From: an uncultured Marinoscillum sp.
GTDB lineage: Bacteria; Bacteroidota; Bacteroidia; Cytophagales; MED-G16
Assembly: GCA_964553685.1 (NCBI GenBank)
Contig: CAZKLB010000004.1
Span: 18,704 to 80,929 of the forward strand
Length of the DNA: 62,226 nt
Direction of reading: 5' to 3'
Below the pieces are notes generated by a model. That model saw only the letters and a list, made by a program, of their open reading frames with translations, was not told the origin of the DNA and did no database searches. A program made the position numbers and the translations under genes. Of the stretch, positions 28,016 to 38,028 are shown in pieces (positions within the stretch are counted from its first letter, which is position 1; each line of letters begins with the position of its first letter).

Positions 28016-28531
28016 CTATTTCCTTAAGACGTCTCTCTTAAATTGGGACCATTCGTTTATTTTCCCATCAACTATATGATAAAATTCATAAATGACTTCT
28101 GCTTCTAACTCTGAATCTGGATTAGTATGAGTAGAAGTAAATTGAGCATTAACCCAATCACCTTCAATAGTTGTTACTGCTAGAGAAAAAGCATAATCAG
28201 TATTCCACTTATATTCATTGCCTTTTTCATCTTCAATTTCTGAAACCCAAATTTTGATCAATTCAATAAATTCTTCAGGTCCAACTGCTACTCTTCCATC
28301 ATGAAACCTCATCTCTGCGTCTTCAGCGACATATGATTTAAGGGTTTCATAATCAAGATCAGCCCAAGCCTTATCAATTTCATTAAATATATCAACAGCA
28401 TTTTGAGAGCCCATCTTAACTTGGCCATCATTACCATCAATAAAACCGTTTGCATTATCTGTACATTTCTGATCAGAAGTTGTACACGATACAACAAATA
28501 GGGTAAAAAAGGAAAGAATATAGTTTTTCAT
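28016..28531 (-). CDS. NTF2/SnoaL-like lipoprotein
   Basis: Lipobox VVSC; AWADLDY..YVAEDA..FHDG, FYHIVDGKI..W.Q. Confidence 0.7.
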   Translation of the reverse strand: MKNYILSFFTLFVVSCTTSDQKCTDNANGFIDGNDGQVKMGSQNAVDIFNEIDKAWADLDYETLKSYVAEDAEMRFHDGRVAVGPEEFIELIKIWVSEIEDEKGNEYKWNTDYAFSLAVTTIEGDWVNAQFTSTHTNPDSELEAEVIYEFYHIVDGKINEWSQFKRDVLRK

Positions 28532-28555
28532 AATATAAAATTTAATTGGTTATAA

Positions 28556-31069
28556 TTATTTAAATGCGTTTCCTATCAGAAGTTTTATATGATTTCTGTG
28601 AGCTACAGAAGATACATTTCCAGCAGGTTTTTTTAACATCTTCCCGATTTCAGATAGGTTATGAATAGCCATAGATCTGGCTGGAATTTTAAATCTATCT
28701 GATGACTTTCCTTTTATCATATTAATCAGTCGAGTAACATAAACAGCCTGAAGATTCTGTCGAAAAGTATTGACATCTGTATTTATATCATCTTTGAAAA
28801 TAGCATCATTTAAATCGGTCATAAATTCTGAGAGTTTATATTGATTTCCATACAATTCTGAGTCAATTATCCTCTGTAAAGTATTTGGATGTAGTATGTG
28901 CGCAAGTACCCTTGTCTGATAGCTTAAAACTTGATCATGTATTTTTGGGTCTTCGGGTCCACTAAAGAAGTCAAATCCTCTTCTTTGTTTTGCAAGTAAA
29001 TTATATAGGTTCTCTGGTGCACGATATGCGTTTGGAGAAAAAACATAATTTTTTAAAGCATTCATAGCTCTCTTTTGATCGGATAGAGATACTGGAGTAT
29101 ATGGTTTGCTTCCATTATCCTGACCAATATTAGACCTGTCAACATAAACTCCTCCAATAAATCTCGATATTACATCACCAGCTCTTGCCGCTTGAGAATT
29201 TAATGTATAATAAGCTCTCCTGAGATCTTCATATGTATTTCCGTCAACACTAAATTTGTTAACGATTTTACCCATCATATCATTTACTAGATTATACCTA
29301 TCTATGGAGTATGTTATTTGATCGTTTGATAAATCTCCTGTCATAACCCTTGGATCAATAGCTTTTCCTGGAGAACGCATGTCATCAGCATCATTACCAA
29401 ATATTAATTCAGGTTCCGTCGATCTATTAAGAAGTTCATGCATTTCAGAATCACTTTTAAATGGAGTATAACCAAACTGTACAGCCCATACATCATATGG
29501 CCCTACTGCCATATCATAAAATTGTCCTTGTTTTGATCTATCCTTAGTCAGATTTATTCCCGCATAATCCATCACGGAACCCGTAAGTGCTTTCCCTTCG
29601 ATGAATGAGGCATCATAAAGTTCTTGAGGTGAAAATAATTGACTTGCTTTCATATTATGATTCAGTCCTAGTGTATGACCAACTTCATGCATTATCAAGG
29701 ATTTTAATCCCTCCTTCTCTATCCTATCTAGATCATAATCGGATGCGTCCATTACATCCAAAAATGTTTTTCCTAATAATAAATTTTCGTGCATTAAGTG
29801 ACCCATAGAACAATACATATTTTCCTCATGAATATTTTCTTCGTCATCTAAACTCATATTTTTTGATGCATCTCCAACCAACTTATTATAGAAAACTCTA
29901 TTTGTAAAATGAACAAATTCAAGCATTATATCTGCACCGATGATTTCTCCAGTTCTTGGATTGGTCATACTTGGCCCATAACCTCCAAAAGGAGGATTTG
30001 GTGAAGAAGTCCACCTTAAGACATTATATCTCACATCTCCCGCATCCCATTTTGCATCATCAGGTTGTACCTTTACCTCAAGAGCATTTTTAAAGCCAGC
30101 TTTCTCAAAAGCCTCGTTCCAGGCAAGGACTCCGTCCTTTATTGTTTCTCTCCACTCCATAGGAGTTGAATTCTCAATCCACCAGGTTATTGGCTTGACA
30201 GGTTCTGAGATTTCTTGGTCGGGATTCTTTTTAACTAATCTCCATCTATTGACCATATCCCTGTAGTTAGTAGTTCCTGTTTCCGTCATATCATTTACAT
30301 ATGTGAGGAAATATCCAACTCTTGGATCATCATATCTTATCTCGTATCCATCATCAGGCATACTCATCATTGAATGAAATACTTGAATAGAAACATATCT
30401 TGCATCTGTCACTGCTTCAGAACCTCCGTTTAAATAGTTTGGGTTCTTGTATACATATTCGGTCTTCAAATTTGTATTTTCAGGATAATTATTAATCTCC
30501 TTAACCTTTGATTTACTCTTATCTAAACTCCCTAAACTAAAAGACATAGAAGATGACCCTGGCCTCTTAGGTCTCTTAACTCTTCTAAGTGTCTCAGAAA
30601 GAAAAAGATCATTTATACTAATTAATACTTCTCCATTATCTTCAGATAAAATTTTATTTGAAGATATTATGGCATGACTCATATTTGCATCACTTGACTT
30701 AGATAATGGATTATTTTCATCAAAATAAAAATTTACGTTAGGTGCTACAAATTCTATCTTATTATAATACTTTTTTATATTAAAAATGACATCTGCACCG
30801 TATGACCCTCTGAAACTCCCGGCTTCAGTTACTCCATCTGCAATCTGTGAAAAGTATATAAAATCCTTATCAAGCTGTTCTTCTTTAATTGACATTTTAA
30901 GTTCTCCTGTCAATGTATCTTGATAAATTGTAAATAATCCATCAATTTTTTTACTTGATTTTGTTAAATCTTCTATTGTTTTTTTCTTCTTCTCTTTATC
31001 TTTTGTCTTATCCTGTGCATGTATAAATAAGGATGAAAAAAGGAAAGCCACTATCAGTATGTTTTTCAT
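28556..31069 (-). CDS. Secreted zinc-dependent metalloprotease (DUF5117/DUF5118/EcxA-type, Met-zincin)
   Basis: RYDDPRVGYF, RWRL, WNEAFEKAGF, NPRTGEI, HEVGHTLGLNHNM, SVMDY, GPYD. Start moved to ATG 31069. Confidence 0.9.
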   Translation of the reverse strand: MKNILIVAFLFSSLFIHAQDKTKDKEKKKKTIEDLTKSSKKIDGLFTIYQDTLTGELKMSIKEEQLDKDFIYFSQIADGVTEAGSFRGSYGADVIFNIKKYYNKIEFVAPNVNFYFDENNPLSKSSDANMSHAIISSNKILSEDNGEVLISINDLFLSETLRRVKRPKRPGSSSMSFSLGSLDKSKSKVKEINNYPENTNLKTEYVYKNPNYLNGGSEAVTDARYVSIQVFHSMMSMPDDGYEIRYDDPRVGYFLTYVNDMTETGTTNYRDMVNRWRLVKKNPDQEISEPVKPITWWIENSTPMEWRETIKDGVLAWNEAFEKAGFKNALEVKVQPDDAKWDAGDVRYNVLRWTSSPNPPFGGYGPSMTNPRTGEIIGADIMLEFVHFTNRVFYNKLVGDASKNMSLDDEENIHEENMYCSMGHLMHENLLLGKTFLDVMDASDYDLDRIEKEGLKSLIMHEVGHTLGLNHNMKASQLFSPQELYDASFIEGKALTGSVMDYAGINLTKDRSKQGQFYDMAVGPYDVWAVQFGYTPFKSDSEMHELLNRSTEPELIFGNDADDMRSPGKAIDPRVMTGDLSNDQITYSIDRYNLVNDMMGKIVNKFSVDGNTYEDLRRAYYTLNSQAARAGDVISRFIGGVYVDRSNIGQDNGSKPYTPVSLSDQKRAMNALKNYVFSPNAYRAPENLYNLLAKQRRGFDFFSGPEDPKIHDQVLSYQTRVLAHILHPNTLQRIIDSELYGNQYKLSEFMTDLNDAIFKDDINTDVNTFRQNLQAVYVTRLINMIKGKSSDRFKIPARSMAIHNLSEIGKMLKKPAGNVSSVAHRNHIKLLIGNAFK

Positions 31070-31124
31070 AATTCTATTTTTTTTTAATATTACCAAATAA
31101 GTTGTTAAACAAAAAGTTTTAAAG

Positions 31125-31589
31125 CTAAAATACCCTCTTTACTTTTCTTATTCTTTTTAAATAATAGTCTTTAATAAGTTGAGTTTCAACAACACCCCGC
31201 GATGAGGATGCATGAATAAAGTTAATATCTGATGAATTTTTTAATTCAGATAAAATACCTACATGAGTTACTTTTCTTTTACTCTTCCCAAAAGCGAAGA
31301 AAACTAGATCTCCTTTTTTTGATTTCTTGAGTGATACACTCTTACCGATCTCTATCTGTTGAGACGTAGTCCTAGGAATTTGTAACCCTATAGACTCAAA
31401 TGATCTAACAAGTAGGCCTGAACAATCAATTCCTCTGTTATCGTTTCCACCCCATTTGTAAGGAGTTCCAATATATGTCCTGGCTTCTTCTATTACTCTA
31501 CCTATCTTTCTGTTAGTTGATATTTTTTTTTGTGAAATACAACCTGACAAAAATAATAATGAAACTAATAAGACTATTATGCTCCTCAA
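31125..31589 (-). CDS. NlpC/P60 (C40) peptidase lipoprotein
   Basis: Lipobox LSGC; YIGTPYKWGG, IDCSG, GDLVFF, HVGI, FIHASS. Confidence 0.93.
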   Translation of the reverse strand: MRSIIVLLVSLLFLSGCISQKKISTNRKIGRVIEEARTYIGTPYKWGGNDNRGIDCSGLLVRSFESIGLQIPRTTSQQIEIGKSVSLKKSKKGDLVFFAFGKSKRKVTHVGILSELKNSSDINFIHASSSRGVVETQLIKDYYLKRIRKVKRVF

Positions 31590-32368
31590 TTTTTATCTTT
31601 TTTTAATATTAAAAATAAATCTAAGTTATTAGGATTATCATTAGCCAGTAAATAATCTTTATATGATATAGAAGATACCAATTTATCATTATCATTTTTC
31701 AGATTATTTCTATTAAATCTATTCAACAGTTCATAAGGAATTTTATAAATAAAATTGGGCAAATGTTTCTCTAAGTTAAGAAAATCAAGTCTCTTAAACT
31801 TTTGAACTGACTTTACATTATTATTATAATAGTCAATAACTTTAGTATTTCCTGATATACCTTTAATTTCTACAGTTGGAAAATATTTTGATGATATATC
31901 TATTAATTCCTTAGACGTATATTCTCTGATATGCCACGGATTCCTTGTAAGTGTCATCTTAATATTGGGTGTAGTGATAATTGCCTTACCACCCGGTCTA
32001 AGAATTCTAAATATCTCATTTAGAAAAAGTTCGTCATCTTCAATATGTTCGATGACCTGAAAAGAGATAATGGTATCGAATGATTTGTCTTCAATATATC
32101 CCATTGGAGGAAATAATTTTGATAAAAAATTATGTTTTGGGTATTTAGCTGAAAGCGCATCAACTGCATCTTTAATTTTATCGATTGCTGTAAATGTCTT
32201 TGACTTCTTTAATATAACATCTATACCCCTACCCTCACCACATCCTAATTCAAGCACATCTCCATCAATATAATTTTTAGCCAAATAATATGCACTTAAA
32301 AGTCTGTGATGAAGAGGATTATCAGAAGGTATCCTGTCAGATGTAATTTCTGTTGTAAAAATTGACAT
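31586..32368 (-). CDS. Class I SAM-dependent methyltransferase
   Basis: VLELGCGEG, FDTIISFQVIEH, LRPGG, TTPN..RNPWHIREY. Confidence 0.9.
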   Translation of the reverse strand: MSIFTTEITSDRIPSDNPLHHRLLSAYYLAKNYIDGDVLELGCGEGRGIDVILKKSKTFTAIDKIKDAVDALSAKYPKHNFLSKLFPPMGYIEDKSFDTIISFQVIEHIEDDELFLNEIFRILRPGGKAIITTPNIKMTLTRNPWHIREYTSKELIDISSKYFPTVEIKGISGNTKVIDYYNNNVKSVQKFKRLDFLNLEKHLPNFIYKIPYELLNRFNRNNLKNDNDKLVSSISYKDYLLANDNPNNLDLFLILKKDKN

Positions 32369-32372
32369 GACA

Positions 32373-32380
32373 CAAAAATA
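32373..32380 (-). promoter_or_regulatory. Putative -7 promoter box TATTTTTG for the methyltransferase operon
   Basis: Exact TAnnTTTG match, 4 nt before ATG 32368. Confidence 0.55.
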
Positions 32381-32456
32381 ATACTAATAAATTTTTATTT
32401 ACTCATTCTGTAATTGTATAACCATTAGTTATCTAAATATTTTAGTATCTTAAAAT

Positions 32457-35400
32457 ATGTTTTTAATAAAAAAAATAGGAGATAAAACATTTACTTGTTT
32501 ACTTATAATATTAATTAGTATAAACTATCTATTCTCCCAGTCAAAAATTAAGAAATACGACAAAAGTCTTCTTACCTATGATTTTAGTGACCCTAACCCG
32601 ATTCCAATTCTATCTAAAAACCCTAAGATATATCCATATTTCACATTTGATGGTTATGATTTAAATTCAAAACAAAAGAAATTTAAAATTATTGAACTTG
32701 AGAATGATTATGTCCAGGTTTTTGTAATGCCGGAAGTTGGAGGTAAAGTTTGGGGAGCAATAGAAAAGTCAACAGGAAATGAGTTCATTTATAGAAACGA
32801 GGTTATTAAGTATAGAAACATATCGATGAGAGGGCCGTGGACCTCTGGAGGCATTGAATTTAATTTTGGTTTAATTGGACATCATCCATCAACAGCAACA
32901 CCAGTCGATTATGTTATTAAAGAAAATGAAGACGGAAGTGTGTCGTGCATAGTAGGTAATATTGATTTACCCTCAAGAACACAATGGAGAGTAAAAATTA
33001 ATCTACCAAAAGATTATGCTGGATTTTTTACTGAAGCTGTGTGGTATAATCCAACACCATTACATCAATCATACTATAATTGGATGACTGCTGCTGCTCC
33101 CGCGTCAAATGACCTTGAATTCTTTACTCCAGGTAATGCATATCTTGAACACAGCGGTGAAAGTAAAAATTGGCCTATTAATGAAGATGGGAAAAACTTA
33201 TCTAAGTATAACCAAAATAATTTTGGTCCTAGCAAGTCATACCACGTAGTTGGTGAACTAAATGATTTTTTTGGTGGATACTATAAAAACAGTGGATATG
33301 GATACGGTCATTGGGGTAACTATGAAGATATTCCTGGACAAAAATTATGGCTATGGTCTCAATCGAGATCAGGTGGAATTTGGGAGGATCTGCTAACGGA
33401 TACTGACGGGCAATATATCGAGTTTCAAGCAGGAAGATTACTTGTTCAGTATTTACCATCTGGAGATATAAATCCAATATCAAATGTGAGTTTTGAACCC
33501 AATAGCATCGATATTTGGCAGGAATCTTGGTTCCCAGTAAAAGAAATTGGAGGAATTTCCGATGCTTCTCAGTATGGTGCTATCTATATTATAAGAGATG
33601 AAGATAGTACAACTTTAAACCTTAATCCATTTATAGATTTTGATGGTAAAATTCAGATCCTAATTAATGATAAAAAATATCTCGAGGAAAATATCAACCT
33701 TAAACCCATGGATGTTTATAGAATGAAATTTAAAATTAGTGAGGATATTAATTTCAGAGTCAAAATAAACGATCTAAAAATTGATTATGAAACAATCAAC
33801 AAAAAATTAATAAAAAGATCATTTAACTCTAACCCTTTAAAAATCAAAGAAACAAATCAAAGTCTTTTTAATTCTGCCATAGAAGATATTGGTTACAGAG
33901 ATTTTGATAAAGCTAAGGAAAAACTTAAAAAAATAATTGAAGTTGATCCCTATCATACTGATGCAATATCTTACCTAGGAGAAATATATTATAGAAATGG
34001 AGAATATAAGAAAGCTATAGATATTATTTACTCTGGACTTAGTATAGATACATACAACCCATCTCTTAATTATATTGCAGGAATTATTTATAAAGAAATA
34101 GGAGATTATATAAATAGTAAAGAGTCACTCGGATGGGCATCTCGCTCAATTAAGTATAGATCAAATGCATTATCTAAAATGGCTGAGTTAAGTTTAATTG
34201 AAAAAGATTACGAGACTGCAATATCTTATTCAAATAAATCACTAGAATACAATAGTAATAATATCTCTAGCCTAGAAGTATTAGCTATTTCAAATAGATT
34301 ACTTTCAAATAAAGAAGACCATCAAAAAATATTGGCAAAAATCGAAAGTATAGATCCAATTCATCATATTCTTAGTTTCGAAAAATTTCTCATGGATCCC
34401 AGTGAAATAAATAAAACTCAATTCATTAATTCACACCAATCAGAACTTAGAAATGAAACATTTCTCGAATTATCTATTCGATATTTTAATTTAAAACAAA
34501 CCAAAGAAGCTCAAATGATATTAGAGAATGGGCCTAGGCACCTAACAAATGATTTATGGATATCATATATATCAAATAATAAAGACAAACTTGATAATTT
34601 AGTTAAATCAAACAGTATCAATTTTATATTCCCTTTCAGAAGAGAAACAATAAAAGTATTAGAATGGGCTAAAAATAACATATCTAATTGGAAGGTGGAT
34701 TATCTTCTAGCACTCAATTTGTGGAGCAAGGGAAGGCAAGATGAATCACAAAAACTTTTTAAAGAATTAGGTGACGTACCAGAAAATGAAAACTTTTATC
34801 TATCAAGGGCATCCCTAATAAAAAATTCTAATGTAGCATCTTACAATGATGATATTAAAAAAGCTTATATGATTAATAAAAAAAATTGGAGAGCAGTATT
34901 AGAGTATGGAAGGAGCTTACAAAACTCAAATGAATTTTCCGAAGCAAGAAAAGTATTACGCACAGAATTTGAAAGAAATAAGAGTAATTACATGATAGGG
35001 ATGGAATATATTAAAGTACTTTTAAATATTAGTCAATTTGAAAAAGCAATAGACATCTTAGAAAATTTAAAGATACTACCATACGAACATGCCGGGGAAG
35101 GAAGGGAACTTTATGAAAAAGCATATTTTAACTCTGCAATAAATAAAATTAATGATGGTAGAATTGATGAAGCAATAAAATTAATTATAAAATCTAAATT
35201 ATGGCCCGAAGAGTTAGGGGTTGGGAAACCTTATAAGCCTGATGAAAGAATTCAAAATTTTTTATTGTACTTATGTTATAAAAAATTAGGTAAACCAAAC
35301 TATACTTTTTTTCTTGAAGAAGTAGTTAATTATTCAAAAGAAAATATTGATAAATTAAATCTTAATGATATTCTTGGATATGAAGCAATAAAAGAATCAA

Positions 35401-35558
35401 AAGGAGAAGAATTAGCAAATAAATTTATTGATCAAATAAAACAAGTCAGAAAAAATAATTTATCAGAAGTAGAATGGCTAATAAACTATTCAAAAACACA
35501 ATCATTGCCAGGTGAAAAGAAATTTGATATGATAAAATCTATATTAAAATTAAAATAA
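32457..35558 (+). CDS. DUF5107 domain protein with C-terminal TPR repeats
   Basis: LENDYVQVFVMPEVGGKVW, GPWTSGGIEFN, YYNWMTAA, GQKLWLW, YIEFQAG, then TPR helices and WPEELGVGKP. Confidence 0.85.
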   Translation: MFLIKKIGDKTFTCLLIILISINYLFSQSKIKKYDKSLLTYDFSDPNPIPILSKNPKIYPYFTFDGYDLNSKQKKFKIIELENDYVQVFVMPEVGGKVWGAIEKSTGNEFIYRNEVIKYRNISMRGPWTSGGIEFNFGLIGHHPSTATPVDYVIKENEDGSVSCIVGNIDLPSRTQWRVKINLPKDYAGFFTEAVWYNPTPLHQSYYNWMTAAAPASNDLEFFTPGNAYLEHSGESKNWPINEDGKNLSKYNQNNFGPSKSYHVVGELNDFFGGYYKNSGYGYGHWGNYEDIPGQKLWLWSQSRSGGIWEDLLTDTDGQYIEFQAGRLLVQYLPSGDINPISNVSFEPNSIDIWQESWFPVKEIGGISDASQYGAIYIIRDEDSTTLNLNPFIDFDGKIQILINDKKYLEENINLKPMDVYRMKFKISEDINFRVKINDLKIDYETINKKLIKRSFNSNPLKIKETNQSLFNSAIEDIGYRDFDKAKEKLKKIIEVDPYHTDAISYLGEIYYRNGEYKKAIDIIYSGLSIDTYNPSLNYIAGIIYKEIGDYINSKESLGWASRSIKYRSNALSKMAELSLIEKDYETAISYSNKSLEYNSNNISSLEVLAISNRLLSNKEDHQKILAKIESIDPIHHILSFEKFLMDPSEINKTQFINSHQSELRNETFLELSIRYFNLKQTKEAQMILENGPRHLTNDLWISYISNNKDKLDNLVKSNSINFIFPFRRETIKVLEWAKNNISNWKVDYLLALNLWSKGRQDESQKLFKELGDVPENENFYLSRASLIKNSNVASYNDDIKKAYMINKKNWRAVLEYGRSLQNSNEFSEARKVLRTEFERNKSNYMIGMEYIKVLLNISQFEKAIDILENLKILPYEHAGEGRELYEKAYFNSAINKINDGRIDEAIKLIIKSKLWPEELGVGKPYKPDERIQNFLLYLCYKKLGKPNYTFFLEEVVNYSKENIDKLNLNDILGYEAIKESKGEELANKFIDQIKQVRKNNLSEVEWLINYSKTQSLPGEKKFDMIKSILKLK

Positions 35559-36293
35559 ATGAAAAATCAAGATATAATCTTTGGAAGGAGACCTGTCGTT
35601 GAGTCATTAAAATCTGGAAAAACTATTGAAAAGATATTTATTCAAAAAAATATTTCCAATGAACTTATATCATTAGTCAAAGAATTTTCAAAAGAAAAAA
35701 AAATAAATATATCTGTTGTTCCAAAAGAGAAACTTAATAGAATGACAAGAAAAAATCATCAAGGAATAATTTGTGTGACCTCTCCAATAAGTTATCAACC
35801 CATTGATGAAATAGTTCATAGGTGTTATGAATCTGGTAAAGACCCACTTATTTTAATTTTAGATAGAATAACTGACACAAGAAACTTTGGAGCAATTACA
35901 AGAGTTGCTGAAGCTTCACAGGTGGATGCCATAGTTGTACCTGAGAAAGAGACAGCACTTATATCAAGTGATGCTGTAAAATCTTCAGCTGGTGCAATCA
36001 ATTATATTCCGATTTGTAAGTCAAATAAATTGGTAGATGATGTCAATAAATTAAAGGAAAGTGGATTAAAAATATTTTCATGTTCTGAAAAGGGTGAAGA
36101 AGATATTTACTCAGTAAATCTTAATATTCCAGCATGCATAATCTTAGGATCGGAGAAGGATGGAATTTCAAATAGTTTACTTGAATCAAGTGATAAAATT
36201 ATAAGAATACCAATGTTTGGAAAAGTGTCTTCATTGAATGTTGCTACTAGTTCAGCAGTAATTTTGTTTGAATCTGTTCGGCAAAGGAATTAA
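35559..36293 (+). CDS. rlmB: 23S rRNA (guanosine-2'-O)-methyltransferase RlmB (SpoU family)
   Basis: IFGRRPV, NHQGI, ITDTRNFGAI.R, GSEKDG, IPMFG.VSSLNV. Confidence 0.93.
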   Translation: MKNQDIIFGRRPVVESLKSGKTIEKIFIQKNISNELISLVKEFSKEKKINISVVPKEKLNRMTRKNHQGIICVTSPISYQPIDEIVHRCYESGKDPLILILDRITDTRNFGAITRVAEASQVDAIVVPEKETALISSDAVKSSAGAINYIPICKSNKLVDDVNKLKESGLKIFSCSEKGEEDIYSVNLNIPACIILGSEKDGISNSLLESSDKIIRIPMFGKVSSLNVATSSAVILFESVRQRN

Positions 36294-36694
36294 TTTGATT
36301 TTAAACCGGTAAGGTCTGAGCTACTTCTAATTTTTTTTCCAAGACCATCAAGTAATTCAATTCCATATTTTTTACATACTACAGCCTCAGGAATTTCCTT
36401 ATTATGCCTATCGCCACCATTAGTAAAGATATCTGGTCTGATTTTTTCAAGACTTTTGCATACAGTCCTATCTTGATCAATTGAGATAAATACTTCGTCA
36501 ACACCCTCAATTGCTTCTAATATCTTTGCTCTATCGTTCTCATCCATAAAGTGTTTTCCTTTTTTTAGTGTACACTGATGATTATTATTAATTATAACAA
36601 TTAGATAATCTCCAAGTTTTTTTGATAGACTGATATATTCTAAGTGACCGACATGGATAGGATCAAAATAACCACTTATTGCAACTTTTTTCAT
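36290..36694 (-). CDS. Stand-alone cytidylyl/adenylyltransferase (HxGH family)
   Basis: SGYFDPIHVGH, KKGK.FM..R, FTNGGDR, GLG.KIRSSS. Confidence 0.88.
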   Translation of the reverse strand: MKKVAISGYFDPIHVGHLEYISLSKKLGDYLIVIINNNHQCTLKKGKHFMDENDRAKILEAIEGVDEVFISIDQDRTVCKSLEKIRPDIFTNGGDRHNKEIPEAVVCKKYGIELLDGLGKKIRSSSDLTGLKSN

Positions 36695-36712
36695 TTATTT
36701 ATTTTTAATAAG

Positions 36713-36720
36713 CAAATATA
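36713..36720 (-). promoter_or_regulatory. Putative -7 promoter box TATATTTG for the cytidylyltransferase
   Basis: Exact TAnnTTTG match, 18 nt before ATG 36694. Confidence 0.6.
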
Positions 36721-36733
36721 AATTTATTAATAA

Positions 36734-36741
36734 TATTTTTG
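36734..36741 (+). promoter_or_regulatory. Putative -7 promoter box TATTTTTG for purD-gldH
   Basis: Exact TAnnTTTG match, 4 nt before ATG 36746. Confidence 0.55.
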
Positions 36742-36745
36742 AGCT

Positions 36746-38020
36746 ATGATCATTCTTATATTAGGTTCTGGAGGAAGGGAGCACGCCCTATCATGGAAAA
36801 TTTCAAAAAGTAGTCTATGTGATAAAATATATATAGCACCAGGTAATGGAGGAACTGATAAAATTGGAACCAACGTTGATATAGACATAAATAATTTCCA
36901 TGAGGTTAAAAGTTTTATTTTAGATAAGAAAATAGATTTAGTTATAGTTGGTCCTGAAGATCCTTTAGTTAATGGAATTGTTGACTTTATTAATAATAAT
37001 GAGGATTTAAATGATATAAAAATTTTTGGACCTAGTAAAAAAGGTGCTCAGCTAGAAGGTAGTAAAGACTTTTCTAAAGATTTTATGTTTAGAAATAATA
37101 TTCCATGTGGTGCATCGAAGACATTCTCAAAAGAGACATTTGATAATGGCGTTGAGTTTATCAAAAGTTTATCTCCTCCATATGTTCTTAAAGCTGACGG
37201 ATTAGCTGCTGGGAAAGGAGTACTAATTATTGATAATAAAGATGAAGCAATCAAAGAACTTCATAGTATGTTGATTGACAAAAAATTTGGTGACGCCAGT
37301 AAAAATGTTTTGATAGAAGAATTTCTTGACGGGATAGAGTTATCTGTTTTTGTGATAACTGATGGTAAAAATTATATTATGCTTCCAGAAGCAAAAGATT
37401 ATAAAAGAATAGGTGAAAAAGACACTGGTCCAAATACTGGTGGAATGGGAGCCATATCTCCAGTGAGCTTTGCAAATGAGACCTTCTTAAAAAAAGTAGA
37501 AGAAAAAATTATAAAGAAAACTATAGAGGGAATTCAAGCAGATGAAATAGAATACAAAGGGTTCTTATTTATTGGTCTAATGAATGTTCGTGGAGAACCA
37601 TATGTTATTGAGTATAATGTTAGAATGGGTGATCCGGAAACCCAAGTTGTAATTCCAAGAATTGAAAATGATCTGCTTGAAGTAATTATAAAATGTATTG
37701 ATGGAGAACTTGATAAAATAAAAATTAAACCATTAAATAAATTTGTTTCAACTGTAATTCTTGCTTCTAATGGTTACCCTAATTCATATGAAAAGGGTGA
37801 TGAAATAAATAACCTAGAAGAAATTGATGAATCTAAAATTTTTCATGCTGGGACCAAAAATAACAAAGGAAAGATAGAAAGTAATGGAGGAAGGGTCCTT
37901 GCCGCTACAGGATTTGGCAAAACTATTGAAGATGCACTCTCAAAATCATATATAATTGCTAATAATATATCTTGGAAAAATAAATATTTCAGAAGAGATA
38001 TAGGTAAAGATTTAATTTAA
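36746..38020 (+). CDS. purD: Phosphoribosylamine--glycine ligase
   Basis: GSGGREHAL, APGNGG, VGPEDPL, LEGSK, KADGLAAGKGV, KDYKR..DTGPNTGGMG, EYNVRMGDPE, GGRV, RRDIG. Confidence 0.97.
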   Translation: MIILILGSGGREHALSWKISKSSLCDKIYIAPGNGGTDKIGTNVDIDINNFHEVKSFILDKKIDLVIVGPEDPLVNGIVDFINNNEDLNDIKIFGPSKKGAQLEGSKDFSKDFMFRNNIPCGASKTFSKETFDNGVEFIKSLSPPYVLKADGLAAGKGVLIIDNKDEAIKELHSMLIDKKFGDASKNVLIEEFLDGIELSVFVITDGKNYIMLPEAKDYKRIGEKDTGPNTGGMGAISPVSFANETFLKKVEEKIIKKTIEGIQADEIEYKGFLFIGLMNVRGEPYVIEYNVRMGDPETQVVIPRIENDLLEVIIKCIDGELDKIKIKPLNKFVSTVILASNGYPNSYEKGDEINNLEEIDESKIFHAGTKNNKGKIESNGGRVLAATGFGKTIEDALSKSYIIANNISWKNKYFRRDIGKDLI

Positions 38021-38028
38021 AAATTATC

